From Selaginella moellendorffii (Eukaryota > Plantae > Lycopodiophyta), in contig NW_003314302.1 in NCBI RefSeq assembly GCF_000143415.4, positions 1,119,820 through 1,183,819 on the forward strand: a DNA stretch of 64,000 nt, written 5' to 3'. Position numbers and translations under genes: made by a program. The notes under the pieces were generated by a model. The model was not told where the DNA came from, did no database searches, and saw only the letters and a program-made list of their open reading frames with translations. How positions within the stretch are numbered: the first letter of the stretch is position 1; the number at the start of each line of letters is the position of its first letter. Positions 35,820-48,766 of this stretch are shown here, in pieces.

Positions 35820-38480
35820 CAACCCACAATATCCCCCTCAACACATCCATAAACTAAACTTCAATGCCAAAGCTAATGAAGAGTATATTTGCATCAATCC
35901 AAAAGCTAAGCACAATGAAGCTATTCTCAACAAGTGATCACTAAACAATCCTCCATGAATCCATCTTTTATAGCAAGACATAATTTACTTTATAATAAGC
36001 ACAAGGAGAATCATCAATAATCGATATATCCTTAACTCAAATCTAATAAGGATTCAATTACTTCAATATCAATCACTAACTCTTTCACTTGTAAGGCTAG
36101 TATAGTCTACAACTGAATCATTTTTCAAGGAAAAGCCAAAGCTCAACCCTCTACTAAATAATCTTGTCTAAAACACAACTAACTCAAACTTGCTACTCAA
36201 TTCGTTTGAACGTCAACACAGTTGCTAACTAGCAAATGCATGAATGCCAATAACATAAAGCCATAGCCAAATCATCAGCACTATCTTTATCAAGGTTAAT
36301 GAAACTCAATGTTAATCCTAAGGAGAAACATCTCATCTTACTTGAATCTCAACATCGATAATATCAATGACAAGGCATCACTTCAATGCCAACAAAAGCT
36401 AAAAGAAAGCAAGAGTGAATCACCACTCAAAGCTTTCCAACAACCAAGCTAACCAAAGTCGAAGATACTATATTTAGTATCCAAGACTAATCCTTCAACA
36501 ATACTCAGCTACAGATAATACATCATCAAGGTGTGATTCACCACATCCATGACTCAATGAAATCCAACACTACAGACTAATGTAACCCAATGATATCGAC
36601 AGAGGTAGAGTCGACATGCCAATATGAAAAACTCATGTAAGTCTAACGACACGATCCTCTAACGACACGATCCGACACAATCCAACACCATCCGGTAAAG
36701 CAAGCCCATCACTGCTAAATCATCATCGAGCAAAGCAAGTGTCAACAGTCCTCGACTAAGTTTACAAGTAATCACTAGTCGCAAAGCAACTAACAATCAT
36801 TCCTTAACTTGCCTTCACAGGACTCAAATACCAACTCTTGTCATCAAGTCATATATTTATCCAACATGAACGTGATACCCTAGGTATAAGATAAAAGTTT
36901 ATAGACAAGCACAAACTAAATGACCATTCGAATCCAACTTAACTGCAATAAGCTCACTAAAACATTTAGCCACTAGTTTTGAGCATGCCTTGAAGAGGCT
37001 AGTTATGCAATCAACACTCAGTCAAAACTAAAGTGAAGATCATAAGATGGACTTATATCGGTACACAACCTCTTTATAGACAAAGCTATAGTACGGATAT
37101 CAACATCTCAACCTCAAACAAATAAGTTGGACATCACCATCCTTAGCCAAGGCTCAGGGCCACCAAGACTAAGTCAAGATTAGTGAGAGCTCACTACTCT
37201 CATAGAGTCTTAACAAAATGCAAAGTGCAACTTACCACCGAGCATAATGCTACAAAAAAAGGCACAAGAGTCACCCTTCTTAGAAAAGCACAATGGCCAC
37301 TTTTCTACACCAACTCCATACTTTATCTAACTCAATTGCTTTAGCCTCAAGAAGTCAACATCCCTTTCAGGCTGCATCTTACAAACTATTTACTAAGGTC
37401 TAAGCTAACCAAAGTTAACTCTAACTCTTTCACTAATTTGTACTAGCTTATGAAAACAGAAATTTTTTTCAAGCAAAGTGATCAACAGATTAGCCGTTAG
37501 AAAATCCTAAGAAAATTTATGAAAAAATTTCCATCCTAGAGAAAGAATGACTCTCAGTCTAGGAATACAAACTTTCAAGACTTAACCAACTTCCTCCCAC
37601 TAACAACTTCATATAGGTTCATCTCAACATAAATCCTCATGACCCAATAATATGCTTAAGTATCAAATGTCTTTGCCCATTTTTTCTGACATCCAACTTT
37701 GACATCCGTAAAAATGCAAAATAAACATCTAAGGCTTGATTACGAAGACCATATCTTCATATATTTATATTGCACTAACACTTTGTTTCAACCACCTTCA
37801 AGATCCAATGTGAAACCAAAACACTAATAAAAAAAATGATATGGAAAATCAAGGTCCAAGGAAAATTCCTCATCACTTGAAATAACAATGCCACTTCCAC
37901 TAACATAAGTGCTAGCAATGTCAATGCCTCAGCTACACATCTTCTCCATCCAACAATCTACTCCAAGTGCTAACGAATAAACTGACAAGCTATAGCAAAT
38001 GAATGCTACAACCTTTTTTTTCCAACACTTTATGGGCAAACCCTCAAGGAAACATACCAACTCAAGCTTAGCATAATAGACCACCATCAAGAACCCAGTC
38101 AAAGCTATTACAATGCTATTACATATAAGTAGACTAGCTTCTCTATCAACCACTTTGGGGTTGATCATTGTTTAACCAAGCAACTTCGTAAACACATTGC
38201 TCATTATCACATAGATATGATATGAGTATCACAATGACTTGATCATCAATCGAGCAACATTACGAGCAATGCCCATGTCACTACTACAAAAGTTTACGTA
38301 AGTATCAAGTGTCAACTCGATTCGACAAAATGCAACATAAATGCCCCACCAATAGAGATTTATAACACCCAACACCACTAACTTTTGTTCACAACATGGA
38401 CAAGCTTATGTCACTCTCTTTCTAACAAAACTCAACACTAATCGAACACCAAGCTACTCAAGGAGCAAAAGCAAGGTTCC
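35820..38480 (-). mobile_element. Highly decayed Copia-like retroelement remnant
   Basis: Minus-strand TTGAGGGGGATATTG (PPT-like) at about 35827-35842; RT-like traces ADDL...LSSKFE at about 36180-36285; strong strand bias. Confidence 0.35.
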
Positions 38481-38501
38481 CTAGAAAAGAATTGAGCATT
38501 G

Positions 38502-38695
38502 TGTAAGCAACCAAAGGGAACGATTCGAGAGACGATCCATGGGGTTCAAATATAGAGGGAAAGGGCCCATGAACAAGAGTGCACCCCCTTTTCCAATCGG
38601 TTAAGGGTCTTGGGATACTTTGAGTTAAGCATCCTTGGGTTTGAATAGTACTGGGTTGGGTGACCTCCCGGGAAGTCCAAACTCAAGAGCTTACA
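38502..38695 (+). mobile_element. Cassandra-type TRIM solo LTR carrying a 5S rRNA internal-promoter core (38623-38678)
   Basis: TGTAAGC...GCTTACA 7-bp terminal IR; perfect 5-bp TSD CATTG. The core AGTTAAGCATCCTTGGGTTTGAATAGTACTGGGTTGGGTGACCTCCCGGGAAGTCC matches the plant 5S rRNA box A-IE-box C region. Confidence 0.92.
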
Positions 38696-38794
38696 CATTG
38701 TAACCCAAGTATTTCAATAGCAAGCCTAGACAAAATGATTTAACGCTTCACCACTATCCATTCCATGACTCACCACTTGCTATTTATATAGTAA

Positions 38795-41700
38795 GTAGCC
38801 GTACACTTGGCCCTCACATAATCCCTTCCTCTTGGAATAATGGAAGACCATCAGGGTTCTCTTGTAGATGGGCCAGGATCAGAAGGAACATCAGAAGGAG
38901 GCATCAGCGGATTTGTAGGTGGTATTAATTGCTCCTAATCCCTTAGTATGAAGTGTTTCAACTGCTGTATATGCACAATCTCTGGAGGATCGGCCTGTTG
39001 GATGTCATATCAAACCTCATAAACTTGTGGTCCAACCTACCACAACACATGATACGGTCCTTTCCACTAAGCAAGGAGCCCCTTAGGTAAACCATGTACC
39101 ATAAGATGGGGAAAATGGACTAACACCAAGTCATCCACTTTGTACTCCATTAGTGGACAATGATAGGAATTGTAGTTCTATTGTTGTCCCACTTGTATAC
39201 GGCTTGAGTGTTCAACAGACTTTGCTTGGATAAGTGGAAGAATGTTCGTCAAATACTGATCCCACGACCTAGCATCGGTAGCTTATGGCAATCGTGAAGG
39301 TAAACCTAGCTTCATTGGTAATATTGAATCATGGCCATATATGAGTTTATATGGTGAAGCACCAATAGAACTCTGCACCCCTGTGATATATGCATACCGA
39401 AGAGACGGAAAATAACCATCCCAATCTGAATGTTGAAAGTTCACATACTTCGCAATCATCCCTTTGAACATCCAAACGAGTTGTTCCACCAGACCGTTTG
39501 ATTGTGGATAATAAGCACTTATGAAAATGTGGCATATCCCCAGTCGAGATGTCAAAACATGAAATGCCTCAGCTATAAATATGGGAGCATTATCCGAAAG
39601 AATTCACTATAAACAAGAATGCTGGAACACCACTTGATTGAGGAGGAAGTATCCAACAGTAGTTGCAAAGGCACTAGCAAGAGCACCAACTTCCACCTAA
39701 TGAGTCACGTAGTCAGAAGCAATAACAACATACTCATTGCCAACCGTCGACCGCAGAAAAGGTCCCATAAGATCAAATGCCACCAACTCAAATAGACAGG
39801 AAATTGCAATTAACTCCAATCGTCCTTCCATAGCACGAGGGGATTATTACGAGCTTGGCACCAAACGCAACTGCTCATATACTGGATAACATCACGTTGC
39901 ATCTCCAGCTAATAGAAAGATTTGTGCAGCTTCTTGGTCACACGACAATGTCCTATATGCCCACCTAGAATAGGAGAATCATGATAGGCATGGAGAAACC
40001 ATGGAATAAAGACGGAAGGCACCACTAGCCATAAAGGATCATCAGGATCCGTCCCCACAAAATAAAAAAATTCATCTTTAAGGTGATATTGAGAATGTAA
40101 ATACTAGAATGGCAAGTCATCAACAAATGATGTAGGATTCTCAAATCCATCTCGAAGCCTTCGAATCTATGGCTCAAACTTTTGAGCCTCGTGAACTTTG
40201 TTAAGAGAAGGTAGATCTTACTTTGCACCTTGTGGACACTGAATGTCAAATACAGCAACCATCGACGGCATAGAATCCTCGTCTAAAAAATCCATAGATG
40301 CCAGAACAATAGGCTTATCAAAAATATGAGAAGTGAGTGGAGAAGGAAAAGGAGCTCGAGAAAGGGCATTACCATCAACCATAGAACTCCCGAGGCAATG
40401 AACAACATCAAAATTATATATCTAAACCTTCTAAACCCACTGACCAACTAGGTTCTTTCACTTCAATAATGAAGTAATGACAGCATGATCACCTTCAAGT
40501 AATGTCTGAGAACCATGTAGATATGCATGAAGTTTCTCAAAACCCCAGACTGCTGCTAAACACTCATTTTCTGTCGTGGAGTAGTTCACCTTTGCTGGTT
40601 GTAATGTACGACTTATATATGCAATGGGATGATGCTGACTAGGCACACTCGAGCTCTCTTGCATCAACACACCTCCAAAACCAATATCAAAAGCATCCAT
40701 GTGCAAAATAAAAGGTCGAGTGTAATCAGGATATGCCAAAACCAGAGGAGTCGTCAAGAGCTCTTTGAGATCCACAAACATCTGCTCACAATCTGGAGAC
40801 CAAATGAAAGATGACGTTAATGACTTCAGCAACGCTCGCAATGGTGCAGTGCGATCAAAAAGATGATCCACAAAACAACTGAGATATTGCACCTTGCCAG
40901 AAAGCGCTACACATCATTCACACACTTCGGAGTAGGGAACTTTAGAACAGCCATAAGTTTATCAGGATTAACTTACAAACCCTCATGAGAAATATGGTAC
41001 CCAAGATAAGTCGTGTTTTTGGACCCAAACACGCATTTTGACTGTTTCAGCTTTAAATCAACGTCCCATAGCCTGTCCAACACTTTACAAACATCACAAG
41101 TGCTCCTCCCATGTCCCCTCCAAGTGGATCAAGACATCATCAATGAAGTCAGTAATCACCTCTGGCATCGCAAAGAACCTCATCCATCATCCGCTAGAAA
41201 GTTGCTGGAGCATTGTTTAAACTAAACGGCATCACCAAGAACTCATATAAACCAAACGGTGTATGAAAAGCAGTCTTAAGAATATCTTCTTTGGCCATCG
41301 GTACTTGCCAGTACCTAGAACTAAGATCAAGCTTGGTGAACTAACAACTTCACCCCAAATGATCCAAGATATCAACAATGTGAGGAAGAAGGTATACATC
41401 CGGGATTGGCACTTTGTTTAATGGATAATAGTCGATGCAGAAATAAATACTCCTATCAAGCTTTGTCATAAGATGAGGTTCACATGCCTAAGGACTTTGC
41501 AACTTCCGAATAACACCCTTCTCCAACATCTCCTTAATTTGCAATTAAAATCTTGATCTCTTTGGGTGACCAACGACGAACAGGAACTTTGATTGGACGA
41601 GCATCCCCAGTTGGAATCGGATGATGTGTGGCAATCTTGGCCCCAAACAATAAGTCAAATTCAAAGAGATCAAAATACTCCTTCATGAGTCAATCAACCA

Positions 41701-43610
41701 TTGTAGCATAAAAATTTTCGGAGGGATCAGAAAAGGGAAGAGCAAAACAAGATAGAAACATAAGAGGAAATAGTGGGGGGACAAAAGTAATGGAAGTAGA
41801 GGTAGAAGTAGAGGGACGAAGAGGTACAAAAGTGAGAGGAATGGATGAAATATAAAGAAGTATGAGACAAAGGGGAGAAGCCTCAAAGTCATACTTGGCA
41901 TAATTGTGCTGCAACTAATCCATACCAAGGATGAGGTCAAAAGCTTGACTCAGCACCACCTGCAATGACTGCAACCCAGGCTCGAGATCACCCACACGCA
42001 CAACCAAGGTCCGCCTCATCCCGTGCACATGCATGTGTATGGCCGTTGCTATAAAGAATGAAAACTAGTTTTGCCACACGACGCAAGTGTAGATGGCAAC
42101 ATGTAGCAATGGGTCGAGCAATAGAAGATAAACTCAAACCTGTATCAACCAATACGGAGAGAATAATAGGAGATTGCTTGTTATAAAAATGAGCTTGGAA
42201 AGTAAACACTGAATGAACTAGTGCCGAGTGAAGCCCTTGATGATACCCCCAAAAAAAAGATTGAGGGGTCACTGACTTATTCGCATAAGGGCCCTTCGCT
42301 ACTCATGCAACTCCTCGTTTCTTGAATGCATCTCGATATCCAGACCTTCCACTACAGTAGCACCAACAGGATGTTATTGACGCCAAGGTCTCCACCTAGG
42401 AAATGGAGGTTGCGAATCCGGAAAACACCAACAATACCGATAAGTGTGACCAACTTCATCACATGCCCAACAGTGAATATCACGGCCACGACCACGTCCT
42501 CATCCTTGTCCTTGGACTTGAGTAGCAACAAAATCAACCTCCATTGGAATAGGACCATCGCCCACAGAAAGTGGAGCGAAATGATGTGTAGCAAAAAGTG
42601 GAAAAAGTGATATTTCATAACGTTGTGCCAAGCAAAGAGCATCATCAAGGGTAGTTGGAGCAAGTGCATACACAAGTTCGACAAGATTTTGATGAAGTGC
42701 TGGCCACAACATTCTTAGCTTGATCTACTCTGACATATTTGGCTCCGCACGAAGCAAGAAGCTTCAGAAACGAATGCCAAATTGCATCACCGATTTAGAT
42801 GGCCTTTGACAAAAATGATGCAATTGCTGAAATGCATCATCACAATCGTTAGCATGTTCGAATGTGCATTTGAAGACGTCCGGGAGAACACTTCAATCCC
42901 CACGAGTGGCTGCACTCAAACTATTGTACCACTGCATCGCCATCCCTTATAGACACGTGAAAAACTTACGCAAATGTCAAACATCATCCCAAGAATGATA
43001 TGTGGCAATCACCATGAAGTGATCAAATCAATGGTACACATCATCCTCAAGTTTCCTATGAAAGAACTCTGACTGAACACGAGGATTGGCACCAAGAGTA
43101 GGAGGAGGTGTACCACGTGCCGTGAATGCCACCATCAATTGAGTTTGGTTGTTCAATTGCAAACACATAGCATCAAGCAATTGTATCAACTATTGCTCCA
43201 GAGTTAAAGGAGGAGATTGTTGATCTGCCATGAAGATGAATAAAAAGGAAAGAGCAAAAGAAGAGAAATAACAAAAAACTAAAAAAAGAGGAGATCTAGA
43301 CAATGTAAAAAGCTAGATTGAAACCAAAATCCTGAAAGAAAAGAACAAAAAAAAGGAAATAGAAAAAACTAGATCTAGATGATGCAAAAGCTAAATTTAA
43401 ACCAAAATCCCAAATCCAAACACTTATTAGGGACAATCAAAAAGTGCCCCTCACCTCCACTAATGTGAGTGTATGGAATATAGAAAGGGAATACAGAAAA
43501 TGTGTATATCAGAAGCTAATAGTCCGGATTGAAATCAATCTGATGGCTACTAAAATCCCACTACACTAATATTAGTATACGGCATTGTAGCCGTACACTT
43601 GGCCCTCACA
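38795..43610 (-). mobile_element. Decayed Ty3/gypsy retrotransposon; 5' LTR 43464-43610, 3' LTR truncated (starts 38818)
   Basis: LTR TGTGAGGGCCAAGTGTACGGCTAC at 43610 and 38818; PPT AAGAGGAAGGGA. Coding traces: GPIPMEVD (gag), VLVDTG (protease), DFIDDVL (RT), PFILHMDAFDIGFGGVL (RNase H), SAYYPQSNGLVE and WKGPY (integrase). Confidence 0.92.
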
Positions 43611-44627
43611 TATATAATATTAATAATATATCAATAAACCAATCAAGCTACACTATTACAATAATTAAATTAAACAATTATGCTGGATGTATTATATTTT
43701 TTAAATCTTTGATCTTTAAATAAAAATTATATTCCTATGCAAATCTTGTATTCTATAATCAATCAAGAGATAAATATCATATTATCTAAATGCTTTATTT
43801 CTGGTACATGGATTTAGAACAACTGAGTATGAAAGGAATCCATTTGGCCTTGCTCTTGACTTTCACAATTTAAGTTTGATGGATTTAAATACATTTATCA
43901 TCATGTCACAAGGAGAGACATATATTGAGCAAATTATAAGTGTTCAAAATATGGCTTCCCCTTTGCTTTTTATGGCAACTATTTTTTTTACAGCATTTGT
44001 TGAAGAAGAGAATAAGGGACTTTCAAGAACATCTTTACTTTTAATGTTAAGGTTTACCCTTATCTTCACATAATTACATACATTTATCTTTTGAAGTTTA
44101 GGTTTATAGTTTACTTTAGAATTGAAGAAGTTAAATGAAATAAAAATATATATAAGAGTTGGTATGCTAAATCTTCTTCAAAACGCATAGGACGCAAAAC
44201 AGAGTTGTTTTTAAAGAGCAAGTTGTACTGCCAAGTACTTGAAATCTCTATGCGTAATTCTTTTCCATTTGAGCCTTGCCAGCACTGCACCCGAGCATTT
44301 CCTTTTTTCGTGTTTGCAACTCAAAAAAAAGGCAATTGGTCTGTTCAGCTCTCATATTTTCTGCAACTTGTAAGAAAATTGATCCCGGCCATTCTTATAC
44401 TTACAGAGATTTAATATGATTTCTTTTCGTAGCTTCCTTGTGTTTGAAGAGGGAAATCTAAATACTTGTTTTTTTATTGCACACATGGTACTTTCCTGCT
44501 TTGTTTACTATCTCAGTAAGCTGGGCCTTGTGACCTTTGTTTCAATCTTAAAAGCTTCTCTAGAAAGTGAAGAACTCACATTCCTCTTCCATTCTTTTTT
44601 CTCTTTTCCCTTAGTTCCTTTTCTCGT

Positions 44628-45140
44628 TCAGTTGCTACGAGACATGGCTGCCATCTCTAATCCTTTAAGGTAAGCATTGGCAAACTCCGTGAGATCTCCC
44701 AGTGCCTTGTCTTTGGTAGTCGGGCTTCGAGCACTCACCTCAAAGGACCAGTTGACAATCGTGCTCTTGTCCATCCCTTCATAAAGCATGACATTCACAA
44801 GACAATCCTCGAGGCTTAAGTTGTTTCCCTCGGCCTGGAACACAAAACAAAGCTTTTCATTGTCTCGGCTCACAAGTCGGTCTTTGGCCCAAGCTTTCCT
44901 TCGCCCCCCAGGAAGCCTTGCCGGGAAATCCATTGTGTAGAACCTCACGCAGCCTGGAGCACCATCCTGGCCTTGGGGCCTCTCGCAAACATCCACCACA
45001 GGCATGATCTTGTGGAGGCCACAGAAATCACTAGCGATCTTCCAGACCCTCGACGCTGCTGCTGGGATTCTCGATCTCACGCAGCCATGCCATTTATTTG
45101 GATTTAGAATTTCGAGAACTCTAGCTTTTTCCGCCACCAT
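44628..45140 (-). CDS. SRPBCC / polyketide cyclase-dehydrase (START-like) protein, lachrymatory-factor-synthase-like
   Basis: Intronless 170 aa: KWHGCVRSRIPAAASRVWKIASDFCGLHK.MP.VD.C....G..G.PGCVRF...WAKDRL...VNWSFEV. Confidence 0.85.
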   Translation of the reverse strand: MVAEKARVLEILNPNKWHGCVRSRIPAAASRVWKIASDFCGLHKIMPVVDVCERPQGQDGAPGCVRFYTMDFPARLPGGRRKAWAKDRLVSRDNEKLCFVFQAEGNNLSLEDCLVNVMLYEGMDKSTIVNWSFEVSARSPTTKDKALGDLTEFANAYLKGLEMAAMSRSN

Positions 45141-48100
45141 TTAGAAGAAGCAAAACGAAATCACGGATAACTAGCTTTTTCCGTGGTTTGAGGTTCGATT
45201 CTGGTGAGACTAACTTGACTAAAACTGAAAGAAGAGCGTATTTGGACATCGATGGTTTTCCATTGTTTAAGGTATATATTAAAGAAGCACAATGACTTGG
45301 TTTGTGCGTCATGCCCAACCAAGCAACCAAGTTTAATATCACTTTGTTTAGTTTTTAGTGTTGGGACCGATGCCTAGCTTTGGCTTTACGCTCTTTAAAA
45401 ACACACCCCTTGTTGTCATGTTACTCTTGAAGGGCATTTTCGGGCTAGAATGCAAACTACTATGCAGATTTATGTGCATCGTAGTTGCAACAAAATATGT
45501 ATCCATTGCTTGGTAAGTGATATTAAAAGTGAGTGAAATTCCAGGCAGAGATTAAAATAAGTCATCGCTGGAACCTAACTGGATCCATGGCCTTCGGACA
45601 ACAGGACTCAAATGCAATGTAAATAAGCTAGTTTTAGTCATGCTGGTTTGGTTGGTGTGCCATTTCTTCCTTTTTTTTCTTTCTGATTTTGTACATTTTC
45701 TGGAAAAAGTCAAGAGCAAGGGTAGAAACAGCAGTAGCACCACCACCAATGACCACCAATAAGGTAAAGAAAAACTTACATTTCATATTTGTTTAGTGGG
45801 TAAGCAAGTACCTAGTTGGACGAATTAAAATATCGAGCGGTTTGGAAAGATCGTGTTTGTCAAGGGGAGGGCATCCTAGAACTGACAACTCAACAAGAAT
45901 AAAATCTTTGGGGTGATGCAAGTGAAGATCCAGGCTAGTAAGCTTTCTTACTTCATAAAATCATAATATATGTTCTTCCTATGACTTTTGACTAAAGTTG
46001 ACTGGTGCACTATGTGCCACAAACTAAGCATAAAGCCACTTTTCCCTTTTTCTTTATGATCAATTTACCTTTTTCTTTCGCAGCAGAAATTTTGAGGCTC
46101 TTAAATTTCCAGCTCAGACACTCTGAAAAAATGCTGGAATGGTAGAATAGAACACCAAACAGCACAAAGAGTAAAGTTGACATACATGCAAGAACAAGTG
46201 TGTGCTTTGGCAACTTTTGTGCACGCAACGCACTCATTCTTTCTTCCTTTGGAAAATATGATTCTTTACGTACGTACAAGTTCCCTTCCAGTGATGTTAG
46301 ATTAGCCAAAAGGAAAGAAAATTTAAGACCCTAAAGAAAGTAGTGACAAGCTCACTCAGTGTTTCATTTATGTCTTCCAATTTCCATGTCCTAACGTCCA
46401 GCTCCTCCGGAAATCGACAGCATGGGAATATGTCTTGCGCGACACATGTTGACTTCACAACCAAATGAGAAAATGTGATGTTTTTTATTTTCTATTTTTA
46501 ATTCAAAAGAAAAAAATCATTAGAAAATTGCACGTGAAGTGCGGACATCCAATCTTAACTTGCAGTGTTGTTGTTAATGCTTTTGCAGGTAAGGCCTTCC
46601 CCAGGACGCAGTTGGATTGATTGTCACATGCAAGAAAAGGGGAAAAAAGAAAAATAGAAAGCAAAAAATGTAAAAATTGTAAATACACAACAAAAGCACC
46701 TGTAAACAGGGAGCCGGGCATGTTTAACGAAAACCCCTGGGCGTGATTCTCCTGTGTCCACAGAAGCCACTCCATGATTTATGGGTGGGGACAACCAAAA
46801 ATTGAAAACCATGAAACGATATCCCAATATTCACTTGGCCGAAAAAAGATGATGGATGAAGTGCCACGCCACGAGGCATGTACTAAAAAACACGTGTCAA
46901 CAGCGAGGTGGAGCCGCGTGACGGCATCAAGTGCAAAGGGCGGATCTGTGGAAACAGGCAGATTGCTATTTGTGTATGGCCTTCTCTAATAAAAATAGAA
47001 AGTCACTACTTTAGGGACCAATTAACGGGTGGTTAGTGCCTAATTATGACCTGATTCATTCTCCAGTGAACTGGAGTCTACGTTCGAGTCAGTGAAGAAG
47101 AGCTATATAGGTTGTTGTTTTTCTCTCAGATACACACACACACACACACACACCTCTTTTAGAGCAGAGAAGGGAGAAGATTGGCATTTGGCTCCATCCT
47201 TGTTTCTCTTTGTGGAATGCGAGATATGTCCAAATATGGATATCAATGTTCTTCTCCCTTTTTTTAAAGGTTTATTTTATTTTCTGGTGAAGTGATTGAA
47301 TTTACTCACTTGGTCAGAGGGGCTTCAGGAGCCAGCAGCAAGCAGCAGAAGAAAGAAAAAAAAGAAGAAAAAAGACAAGGAGAGGAGAGAGTCTCAGCCC
47401 GGAGCAAGCAGCAGCCAACAGCACGAAAAAAGCAGCCAAGAATGAAAGCTAAGTTTCATCGGCTTTTGGAGAATTGAGAGCAAGCGAATTGCCCCTTTAC
47501 CATTTCGATTGTTCTTGGTTCACTTTTTTTTTTTTAACTCCTGATCATGCTCTACTTAGCATCAGGAGTCCTTGATCCCTCCGGCTGCATTTTTTTTCTT
47601 GTGTGAAGCACGCATTTCGACACTGATAGACGCCAGGGTCCCAACAAAGACCTGATCTGCTGCTGCTGCTACTGCTGCACATACTACTGCTATATGTGTG
47701 TATTTTGTGTGGAGTTTTTTTCTCCTTTTCCTTCTCTCCTTTTCCACTCCAAAAGCGGTCTGTGAGAGTGTGCAGTCCAAATTTGCTGGAAGCACAAAAC
47801 CTCTAGAGAGAGAGGGGAGGAGAGAGAGAGAGAGAGAGAGAGAGAAATGGAGCAAGCCATGGATTATACTTCCTTCTATTTCCCCACAAGACAAAGGTTC
47901 TCCTAGTTTAGAACAAGAAGTGAGCATTCGAGAGAGTGATTTGATCTTCTATCTCCTCTCTGTCCATCTACCTTGATATCATCCTCTTAAGCTTTGCTTT
48001 GCTTTGCAGAAACACCCCATATCCAGATCTCCATCATTTTTATCAATGATCTGGATGAAGCAATGGGCTGCTGAATTTGCTCATGGGTATTAGGCTCCGG

Positions 48101-48150
48101 ATCAAATCGAGCAGGAATAGAGAGAGGGAGATCACTAGCACCAGGTAGCT

Positions 48151-48727
48151 ATGGAGTCCGAGGGACTTAGCCTCGGGACATCGTCTTCCTCGGCGGCTCA
48201 GCAGCAAGAACACCATCAGCAGGCATCCAGCGCCAAATCTCCCCAGGAGAAGAGGTCAGATCATCAGCAGCAGCCATCCGTGGGGCGAGGAAAGATCGAG
48301 ATTAAGCGAATCGAAAACGCTACCAGCCGCCAAGTTACTTTCTCCAAGCGCCGCGGGGGCCTACTCAAGAAAGCACACGAGCTCTCAGTTCTATGCGACG
48401 CTCAAGTTGCGCTCATCATCTTCTCCAGCACAGGGAAACTTTTCGAATACGCCAGTACAAGGTGAGTGGTTTTGCTTTGCTTGGCAGTTTTTTCTTTTTC
48501 CCTTCCTCTTTTGCTCATGGTGGCTATGGTGTCCATTGTTTTGGAAGTTTTGCTTCTTTCTTGTTCTTCCTTTTGCCATGTACTACTATTGCGAGTCTAC
48601 TGCTAGTCCCTGTTCTTTGCGTGGTTCTGTGACGATCTTTTTTGTGGTACCCTCCAAATCTCCAGCTGGGATGTGTTGCCTTTAGTTCTCTCGTGTAAAC
48701 TTCGCACAGCACAGCGTTTTTATTTTG

Positions 48728-48766
<39 letters not shown>

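Noticed and set aside
38623-38678. Functional 5S rRNA gene
   Set aside because: Only the central 56 nt match; the 5' and 3' parts of 5S are absent and the segment lies within an LTR with a TSD.
45780-46309. Minus-strand ORF with a hydrophobic segment followed by PKILFL...LPL, faintly like a type II membrane glycosyltransferase fragment
   Set aside because: Too short, stop-interrupted and no consistent exon chain; cannot be supported without a homology search.
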